Assembly (NCBI GenBank): GCA_002269645.1
Contig: NIVC01000255.1
Location: 62,001-126,000 of the forward strand
Length of the DNA: 64,000 nt
Reading direction: 5' to 3'
Source: Macrostomum lignano
Lineage: Eukaryota
The notes beneath the pieces are model-generated. The model made no database searches, was not told the origin of the DNA, and was given only the letters and a program-made list of their open reading frames with translations. Position numbers and translations under genes: made by a program. Each line of letters starts with the position of its first letter. The first letter of the stretch is position 1. Positions 55,506-64,000 of the stretch are shown piece after piece.

Positions 55506-57410
55506 ATGTCTGACTGGGCCCAAGAGATGGAGGATGCTGAGCAGATGAAGTGTCAACTGCCAGCTCCAGTAATGGAATATGACAAATCCAAAGGGATTAA
55601 ACGGGAGATCAGCTATCAGCGAGACGAGGATGGCAACCTATTTAAGGTTTGATTGTTGTGCAACTTGCTCATATTGGTACATATTTGAACGGATTGCTAA
55701 TCTATCTCATTGGTACATATTTAAATGGATTGCTAATCTACCCCCAATCCCCAGGTAATCTCGGAGCTGCAGGTGCAAGTCCGCAAGCTCAGCAAGAACA
55801 TTGCGCGTAGAAAAGAATGGAAAAAGTACGGAGCCGCCGAGTCGGACGGACCGGGCCCGAACTCGGCCAACACCTACCCGGCCGAGGAGGTCTTCATGCA
55901 GTTCGTCAGCGGCCGGCCGGAGGACGAAGTTGAAAAACAGGCGGACGATTTGGCCAGCAAAATGCCCAAGAATATTGCAACCTGTAGGATCTGCCGGGGG
56001 CCGCATTTTACTACCAGGTGTCCGTTTAAGGATAGGCAGGACTCGCTGGATCCTGATCAGCAGGTGGGTGGATTGCTAATCTGTCTCTTAGTAGGTTTAT
56101 AAAGTGGATTGCTAATCTGTCTCTTAGTAGGTTCATAAAGTGGATTGCTAATCTGTCTCTTAGTAGGTTCATAAAGTGGATTGCTTATCTGTCTCTTAGT
56201 AGGTTCATAAAGTGGATTGCTAATCTATTTCTTAGTAGGTTTATAAAGTGGATTGCTAATCTGTCTCTTAGTAGGTTTATAAAGTGGATTGCTAATCTGT
56301 CTCTTAGTAGGTTCATAAAGTGGATTGCTAATCTGTCTCTTAGTAGGTTCATAAAGTGGATTGCTAATCTGTCTCTTAGTAGGTTCATAAAGTGGATTGC
56401 TAATCTGTCTCTTAGTAGGTTCATAAAGTGGATTGCTAATCTATTTCTTAGTAGGTTCATAAAGTGGATTGCTAATCTGTCTCTTAGTAGGTTTATAAAG
56501 TGGATTGCTAATCTGTCTCTTAGTAGGTTCATAAAGTGGATTGCTAATCTGTCTCTTAGTAGGTTCATAAAGTGGATTGCTAATCTGTCTCTTAGTAGGT
56601 TCATAAAGTGGATTGCTAATCTATTTCTTAGTAGGTTTATAAAGTGGATTGCTAATCTGTCTCTTAGTAGGTTTATAAAGTGGATTGCTAATCTGTCTCT
56701 TAGTAGGTTCATAAAGTGGATTGCTAATCTGTCTCTTAGTAGGTTTATAAAGTGGATTTCTAATCTGTCTCTTAGTAGGTTCATAAAGTGGATTGCTAAT
56801 CTGTCTCTTAGTAGGTTCATAAAGTGGATTGCTAATCTGTCTCTTAGTAGGTTCATAAAGTGGATTGCTAATCTGTCTCTTAGTAGGTTTATAAAGTGGA
56901 TTGCTAATCTGTCTCTTAGTAGGTTTATAAAGTGGATTGCTAATCTGTCTTTATATCTTTTTCTAGCTCTCTCTAACCCCGGGCGCGCCGAGCTCCGCGG
57001 TCGCGGGTTCGAACGCCGCTGCTTCAACTCTAAACGCCGGAGCCCCCACCACCCCGGTGGTGAAGGAGGCCGGTGGAAAGTACATCCCGCCCGGGCTGAG
57101 GCAGGCGGCCACATCCGGCGGCAGCCCCGGCGGCCCCATGGACAAGCGGCGCGACGACCAGCCGACCATCCGGGTGACCAACCTGCCGGAGGACACCACC
57201 GAAGAGGACCTGGCCAACTTGTTCAATCCATTCGGTAAAATCCATCGAATCTTCCTGGCTAAGGACAAGCTCACCATGGTTAGCAAGGGCTTCGCTTTCA
57301 TCACCTACCAACGGAAGGAGGACGCCCAGAAAGCCATCACAGGAGTGTCGGGTTTCGGCTATGGAAATCTCATTCTCAAGGTGGAGTGGGCCAGGCCTGC
57401 TAACGACTAG
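55506..57410 (+). CDS. EIF3G: Eukaryotic translation initiation factor 3 subunit G, 3 exons, 297 aa
   Basis: Exons 55506-55646, 55755-56063 and 56967-57410, all phase 0 with GT-AG. N-terminal MSDWAQEMED, RRKEWKKYG, zinc knuckle CRICRGPHFTTRCPFK, KYIPPGLR, C-terminal RRM (TIRVTNLPEDT...KGFAFITY...GFGYGNLILKVEWARP). Confidence 0.95.
56066..56950. repeat. 36-bp minisatellite (AAAGTGGATTGCTAATCTGTCTCTTAGTAGGTTCAT), ~24 units, fills eIF3g intron 2
   Basis: The 12-aa period in ORF 56185..57114 reflects the 36-nt unit. Related 36-bp-period copies occur in intron 1 (55691, 55727). Confidence 0.97.
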
Positions 57411-57516
57411 AGCTTCTCTCTCTTGTCATTAACTTGACCGGCTAAAGCTGAACTGCTATTGCCGTTCCCCGATGTTGGGTGTTTTGAGTTTCTGTCGAAT
57501 GGTCTATTAATGATAA

Positions 57517-57526
57517 AATAAATAAA
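57517..57526 (+). terminator. Candidate polyadenylation signal (overlapping AATAAA) for eIF3g
   Basis: AATAAATAAA about 107 nt after the stop codon. Confidence 0.5.
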
Positions 57527-57719
57527 TTTCCCGATAGGATGATTAAAATTTAGTGTGTTATTCACCCGAAGGCAATATGCTATATTTTAGGGAGTTTTGT
57601 GGTTTGGCTCGCATGAAAATCTTATTTGCGCACGCGTTAAGAGTGCTTTGTTATTTTTTGCTATGAGTATCATTTTGAATTGGGGTTTTGAATCCCCAGA
57701 TTGCCTAATTCCTAGCCTG

Positions 57720-57825
57720 AAAATCCCCACCCTTTAAAATCCCCATCCTTCAAATCCCCATCCTTCAAATCCCCATCCTTCAAATCCCCATCCTTCACAT
57801 CCCCATCCTTCACATCCCCATCCTT
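57720..57825. repeat. 15-bp minisatellite (AAATCCCCATCCTTC)
   Basis: About 7 units. Confidence 0.85.
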
Positions 57826-58042
57826 TTTGCTACGATAAAAATTTGTAATTATTTGCCTTCGGTGACATTGTCCCACCACGAAAGACCAGCGCTGATGGCA
57901 ATTAGACATACACTCTGTGCAAAAATCTGATCTCCACAGTTTGTCTGCTTTGGAGCGTCTCCGAACAACGTGTGGAACCAACTGAATACAGAAAATATAA
58001 GAACGTTGATAAAGAAATACACGACTTTGCTATTCTTATTGT

Positions 58043-59640
58043 CAGGGGTGTCGCCATGGATTTTATGGTGGCCGGGGACAAAGCCAACAATTCTGCATGT
58101 CGCTTGAATTTCGCTGCTTCTGAAAGTGGCGTTTTCAGAAATTTCAATTGCACCAGTAGAGGCCCGTAGCATTTTGCGACCCTGATCGGTGCCAATATAT
58201 TTGGTATCTTGATGGGCACCCTCTCTCTTAGTGTGGGCGTCCCTGTCTCCTGGTATGAGCGCCCCTGTCTCTTGGTATGAGCGCCCCTGTCTTTTGGTGT
58301 TGGACGCTCTGTCTTGGTGTGGGCGCCCCTTTCTCTTGATGAGCGCCTCTGTCTCTTGGTGGGCGTCCCTGTCTCTTGGTGGGCGCCCCTGTCTCTTGGT
58401 GTGGGCGCCCCTGTCTCTTGGTGGGCGTCCCTGTCTCTTGGTGTGGGCGCCCCTGTCTCTTGGTGTTGGACGCTCTGTCTTGGTGTGGGCGCCCCTTTCT
58501 CTTGATGAGCGCCTCTGTCTCTTGGTGGGCGCCCCTGTCTCTTGGCGTGGGCGCCCCTGTCTCTTGGTGGGCGTCCCTGTCTCTTGGTGGGCGCCCCTGT
58601 CTCTTGGTGGGCGCCCCTGTCTCTTGGTGTTGGACGCCCCTATCTCTTGGTGTGGGCGCCCCTTTCTCTTGATGAGCGCCTGTCTCTTGGTGGGCGTCCC
58701 TGTCTCTTGGTGTGGGCGCCCCTGTCTCTTGGTGGGCGCCCCTGTCTCTTGGTGTGGGCGCCCCTTTCTCTTGATGAGCGCCTGTCTCTTGATGTGGGCG
58801 CCCCTTTCTCTTGGTGTTGGCGCCCCTGTCTCTTGGTGTGGGCGCCCCTTTCTCTTGGTGTTGGCGCCCCTGTCTCTTGGTGTGGGCGCCCCCTTCTCTT
58901 GATGAGCGCCTGTCTCTTGGTGGGCGCCCCTGTCTCTTGGTGGCCGCCCCTGTCTCTTGGTGGCCGCCCCTGTCTCTTGGTGTGGGCGCCCCTTTCTCTT
59001 GATGAGCGCCCCTGTCTCTTGGTGGGCGTCCCTGTCTCTTGGTGTGGGCGCCCCTGTCTCTTGGTGTTGGACGCTCTGTCTTGGTGTGGGCGCCCCTTTC
59101 TCTTGATGAGCGCCTCTGTCTCTTGGTGGGCGCCCCTGTCTCTTGGTGTGGGCGCCCCTGTCTCTTGGTGGGCGTCCCTGTCTCTTGGTGGGCGCCCCTG
59201 TCTCTTGGTGGGCGCCCCTGTCTCTTGGTGTTGGACGCCCCTATCTCTTGGTGTGGGCGCCCCTTTCTCTTGATGAGCGCCTGTCTCTTGGTGGGCGTCC
59301 CTGTCTCTTGGTGTGGGCGCCCCTGTCTCTTGGTGGGCGCCCCTGTCTCTTGGTGTGGGCGCCCCTTTCTCTTGATGAGCGCCTGTCTCTTGATGTGGGC
59401 GCCCCTTTCTCTTGGTGTTGGCGCCCCTGTCTCTTGGTGTGGGCGCCCCTTTCTCTTGGTGTTGGCGCCCCTGTCTCTTGGTGTGGGCGCCCCCTTCTCT
59501 TGATGAGCGCCTGTCTCTTGGTGGGCGCCCCTGTCTCTTGGTGGCCGCCCCTGTCTCTTGGTGGCCGCCCCTGTCTCTTGGTGTGGGCGCCCCTTTCTCT
59601 TGATGAGCGCCCCTGTCTCTTGGTGGGCGTCCCTGTCTCT
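58043..59640 (+). mobile_element. Third copy of the CAGGGGYGTCGCCATGGA element end, followed by a ~1.4-kb GGGCGCCCCTGTCTCTTGGT minisatellite
   Basis: 58043 CAGGGGTGTCGCCATGGATTTTATGGTGGCCGGGGACAAAGCCAACAAT matches the termini at 39339 and 6478 (reverse complement). Array at about 58215-59640 with a 601-bp internal duplication. No matching right TIR found. Confidence 0.55.
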
Positions 59641-60277
59641 GAGGTTGGGTCTCCTATCTGACTCTTAATTTCTACAACTGTCAACCAAAAATATTGTTGA
59701 CACACGACGTTAAAAAGCTAAAAATAGTGCTACATATACACAACGCTTCTCTGGACTCGTAGTGTGCATGCATGGCAAACATGCCATCTAATAGACACGC
59801 ATTAGATTAATAGATTGGATTGCATAGGACACAGATCGAGACATGCAGATTTTTTAATCCTTAAATGTCAAAACTACAGAGAAGTAAAACTTCAACAAAT
59901 TTTAAACCCCAGCAGTTTGCGTTACCTGGGCTGTTTGTGAATTGCAAGATCAATCGAGGGATTAAAGTTGCGGAGGCGGATTAACTGCTGTACATGTACG
60001 AGTACTGAGCAAGCAAGGACTAAGGGGCTATAGAAATAAGATAAGTTTTAGATCATAATTCACATTTCAGATCCCCTGTTCCAGCTGCAAGGACCCTGAC
60101 TGGCTCTGCTAGTCCTCCCAGAAATCTACAATTGTATCGGGATAAAAATATAGCAACAAAACTTCTCTTAAAATCCTCTTTAATCCCCTCTTCGCTGTTA
60201 GGGAGAAAATTTCAAATAAATCTTGCCTTTAGAATCTTGTTTGGGAAATCATTTCTTATAAGCACTAAAAGTTCAGC

Positions 60278-62326
60278 ATGCCCAACGACGAGACTCCCTT
60301 GCCAACCGAAAGCGTCGATGGCAACGCGTCATCACAGCAGCCTCCAGTTGCTAGGCAGCTGATGAAGGATGCATCAACGCAGAAGACGTCGAAGCCTCGA
60401 AAAAGATCTTGCCAGTCGGTTAAAAATGAAGATTCGAACTCGGCAGCTCCGAACTGGTTGCGGGTTCGAGCTGCTGGTCTCAGCATGCTGGGATTAGCCG
60501 TGCTGGTTGCCATTCGAAGCGAGCTTGGCTCCGAGCCTGAGATCCGGGTTGCTATAACTCCGACAAAGGAGTCCGAATCGGTGCAGCATTTTGATGATCC
60601 GCAGCTGCACAATGACACCGTCTACCGGAGCGAGAGTAGGCAAGAGGTATAGTTGTGTAAAAACGGCCCTTTTAAGGACCAAAAAGTAGATTTTTAGTTG
60701 CGGACTCGATTTGAGCCCCAAATACATCCGGAATTAGAACTCCTAAGACACTCGAATTGGCACTCCTAGGACACTTACATGTAAATGAGTGCCCCTGAGA
60801 AATTTAAAGTAGAGCGCAAAAACATTAAGACTGGAAACGAGTAGCTAATCTAATAATCGATTTTAATTTATTTTATGTTGAATGTCCCTTTTTAGACAGA
60901 TAGCTATGATTGCAGACGCTAGTGCTAAGATTGTATGACTATATAGACACGCAAGATCTTTAGTGTATTATTACTGTATTTACTGTATCTCTTGAAAGAG
61001 CTTTATTATTAGTTTTAACATGCAATGCAAGTTTATCCATCGCTCTGCCTAAAAAGGGCCGTTTTAACGAAAAATACAACATAGCGCCATCTACGCTCGT
61101 ACAACAATTTTAAAATGTAAAAAAGAACGTATTTTAACAAAAACACAATGTTCAATATTCAAACTCAGCTGTTACGGATGTTCGAAATTAAAGTCTATTT
61201 AATCCTCGAAGCCTTGACGTCAACGAAGCCTTCGTTTTAAGGCACGCAAATTTGGCGTCAACAGGAGACTCGAATTGGCGCCATTAAGACACCCAACTTA
61301 GCGCCATTAAGACACCCAACTTATCGCCATGAGGACACCCAACTTAGCGCCATTAAGACACCCAACTTATCGCCATTAAGACACCCAAATCGGCGTCAGT
61401 AGGACACCCAAATTGGCGCCATTTGGACAAAGAAATCGACGCTACTACACTATACTCTACGACACTTTAGGTTACTCCAATTCCGTTATTTTTTAATTTT
61501 CTCACCCAAAACTCTCAGGTAACGCTGAACACCTTGTCAACTTCACAACTGGAAGCCGCTTTCCTCATTAGCCTGGCAGTTCTCAGCCTACCAGCCGGCT
61601 TGTTTATCCAAGCCTTAAGCTCCGTGAGCTGCAGCTACTGTTGGATCCCTACGTCGCCTCACCAGCTCCTCGGTGTCGCAGTGCTGATCAGCTGCTTGTT
61701 GAACCTCCTGCTGCCAGCAACAGCAATCGCCGCCTCGGCCGCGGTGGCCGGCGTTGCTACATCGGTCATTCGAGTCGTCCAAGCGGCCGCCGACAGCTGC
61801 GTCTGGCCAGCGGCGTTCGCCATGTGGGGCCGCTGGTCGTCGACATCGACTCGCGCACGCCTGGCTTCCAGCGCCGGCTTCGGGGCAGTCGTTGGAGCTG
61901 CCGCTGGAGTGTCGCTGGCGGGCCTGACGTCAGGCTCCGAGTCGGTCGGATTTGCGGATGTCGCCTGCGGCATCGGCCTGACCGGGTGTCTCTGGTCGAC
62001 GGCCTGGCTGGCCTTGAGCCGCCGGTGGACATCCGAGGCCTGCGACGACATTGGTGACTGGGACAGTGATGAGGAGGCGGCGACGGAGGTGACGTCTAAG
62101 AGCGGCTGGTCTCGGCTGTTGGTTACGCTGAAATCTGCGCTGACTTCGTGGCCGGTGGTGGGACTCTGCCTCGCCTGTGGCAGCCTGCAGTGGAGCTTCC
62201 AACTGTGCGCGCTGGGGACTGTGCCGGCTAAGTTCTACAGGCAGATGTTCGGAGCGGTGGACGCCGGTCAGATTTGGCCGAGGATGACTGTTCCATTGGT
62301 TGCTATGGCAATAGCGACGCTGTTAG
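60278..62326 (+). CDS. Divergent SLC17/anion:cation symporter-like MFS transporter, first two exons (incomplete in window)
   Basis: Exon 60278-60646 (donor GTATAG, phase 0) encodes TM1-like LSMLGLAVLVAIRSELG (cf. SLC17 IRxNL). Exon 61519-62326 (donor GTGAGT, phase 1) encodes SLPAGL (cf. QIPGG), RVVQAAADSCVWPAAFAMWGRWSSTSTRARLAS (cf. RxLQG..EG..YPA....W..W.P..ER..L) and ALTSWPV (cf. ILTSxPV). The rest is presumably beyond the terminal array. Confidence 0.7.
61250..61425. repeat. ~23-bp degenerate minisatellite (TTAGCGCCATTAAGACACCCAAC) in the transporter intron
   Basis: About 7 units. Confidence 0.8.
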
Positions 62327-62739
62327 GTGAGTCGGGTTTAAAAAATAGTCATCCTATACATGTAATTAAGCTACCGAATCATTCGACAAGCCAAGGTGGA
62401 TCACCTCAGACTCTCGTGCCACGAACCCCCATGGGCGTTCTTATGATGCCATGAAACTACCTTAGGTGTTGTGAGCTGCGTTTGCGCTCTCTGCCTTTCA
62501 TTTCCTTGCCGCTTGCTCATTCTGGCGTCTGGTCCCTATCTTTGTCACCATTCTTGCTTTCATTTAAGTTGTCTCGGTAGTTTAGTATTTTCCTTTGGGC
62601 TAGTAGAGTGCAATCACGTATCTGGCCGCCGAGGCCCCTTATCGGCTAGCCTCCCCCTTCTTTATCTCTCGTTCTTCAATTCTGAGTTTTGCCCCACCCA
62701 CCCGCAGTCGGCTTGGCTTGGTCACAAACATCCATTCAA

Positions 62740-64000
62740 GTCCTGCGTGGCTTGGCCCCACCCCACAATCCTGCGTGGCTTGGCCCCACCCCACAATCCT
62801 GCGTGGCTTGGCCCGACCCCACAATCCTGCGTGGCTTTGCCCCACCCCCCCAATCCTGCGTGGCTTTGCCCCCCCCAATCCTGCGTGGCTTTGCCCCACC
62901 CCCCAATCCTGCGTGGCTTTGCCCCACCCCCCAATCCTGCGTGGCTTTGCCCCCCCCAATCCTGCGTGGCTTTGCCCCACCCCCAATCCTGCGTGGCTTT
63001 GCCCCACCCCCAATCCTGCGTGGCTTGGCCCCACCCCCAATCCTGCGTGGCTTTGCCCCACCCCCCAATCCTGCGTGGCTTTGCCCCCACCCCCAATCCT
63101 GCGTGGCTTGGCCCCACCCCCAGTCCTGCGTGGCTTTGCCCCACCCCCCAATCCTGCGTGGCTTTGCCCCACCACCCAATCCTGCGTGGCTTTGCCCCAC
63201 CACCCAATCCTGCGTGGCTTTGCCCCACCCCCCAATCCTGCGTGGCTTTGCCCCACCCCCCCCCAATCCTGCGTGGCTTTGCCCCACCCCCAATCCTGCG
63301 TGGCTTTGCCCCACCCCCCCCCCCCAATCCTGCGTGGCTTTGCCCCACCCCCAATCCTGCGTGGCTTGGCCCCACCCCCAATCCTGCGTGGCTTTGCCCC
63401 ACCCCCCAATCCTGCGTGGCTTTGCCCCACCCCCAATCCTGCGTGGCTTTGCCCCACCCCCAGTCCTGCGTGGCTTTGCCCCACCACCCAATCCTGCGTG
63501 GCTTTGCCCCACCACCCAATCCTGCGTGGCTTTGCCCCACCACCCAATCCTGCGTGGCTTTGCCCCACCCCCAATCCTGCGTGGCTTTGCCCCACCCCCC
63601 CCCCCAATCCTGCGTGGCTTTGCCCCACCCCCCAATCCTGCGTGGCTTTGCCCCACCCCCCCCCCCAATCCTGCGTGGCTTTGCCCCACCCCCCAATCCT
63701 GCGTGGCTTTGCCCCACCACCCAATCCTGCGTGGCTTTGCCCCACCCCCCCCCCCCCAATCCTGCGTGGCTTTGCCCCACCCCCCAATCCTGCGTGGCTT
63801 TGCCCCACCACCCAATCCTGCGTGGCTTTGCCCCACCCCCAATCCTGCGTGGCTTTGCCCCACCCCCCCCCAATCCTGCGTGGCTTTGCCCCCACCCCCA
63901 ATCCTGCGTGGCTTTGACCCACCCCCAGTCCTGCGTGGCTTTGCCCCACCCCCAGTCCTGCGTGGCTTTGCCCCACCCCCCAATCCTACGTGGCTTTGCC
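62740..64000. repeat. ~27-30-bp C-rich minisatellite (CCAATCCTGCGTGGCTTTGCCCCACCC), runs off the window end
   Basis: Constant core with variable C-run lengths; source of all ORFs at 62639-63983. Confidence 0.97.

Noticed and set aside
57849-58219. Three overlapping ~100-aa ORFs
   Set aside because: They overlap the transposon terminus at 58043 and have no protein features.
62299-62312. X-box-like GTTGCTATGGCAAT
   Set aside because: It lies within a coding exon (V-A-M-A-I of a TM helix) and is explained by codon content.
62639-63983. 400-450-aa Gly/Trp- or Pro-rich ORFs
   Set aside because: They are translations of the C-rich minisatellite in all frames.

Overview
Eukaryotic (animal) genomic DNA, not prokaryotic. 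It has GC-rich, fairly intron-poor GT-AG genes separated by AT-rich spacers, and about a quarter or more of the window is micro/minisatellite. This style suggests a free-living flatworm such as Macrostomum; that is an inference, not a database result. Genes: (1) a complete 23-exon axonemal outer-arm dynein heavy chain of the DNAH5/8 (gamma) type, + strand 7690-30247, about 4595 aa, with an RFX X-box upstream; (2) a protocadherin, + strand, about 41666-50443, whose whole ectodomain and TM lie in one exon; (3) a secreted two-domain C-type lectin nested antisense in the protocadherin's first coding intron, its 3' end running through a (CAGA)86 microsatellite into the protocadherin exon; (4) eIF3g, 3 exons, 55506-57410; (5) the 5' part of a divergent SLC17-like MFS transporter from 60278. 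There are also several non-autonomous DNA transposons with readable TIRs/TSDs, one family of which carries expandable minisatellite arrays inside. Most long ORFs in the supplied track are artefacts of tandem repeats or antisense shadows of real exons. There is no CRISPR array, and I recognised no rRNA or tRNA. The best leads are the lectin/microsatellite/protocadherin overlap, a 36-bp eIF3g intronic minisatellite whose every unit looks like a complete 3' splice site, and transposon ends that bracket interchangeable GGCGCC-core minisatellites.
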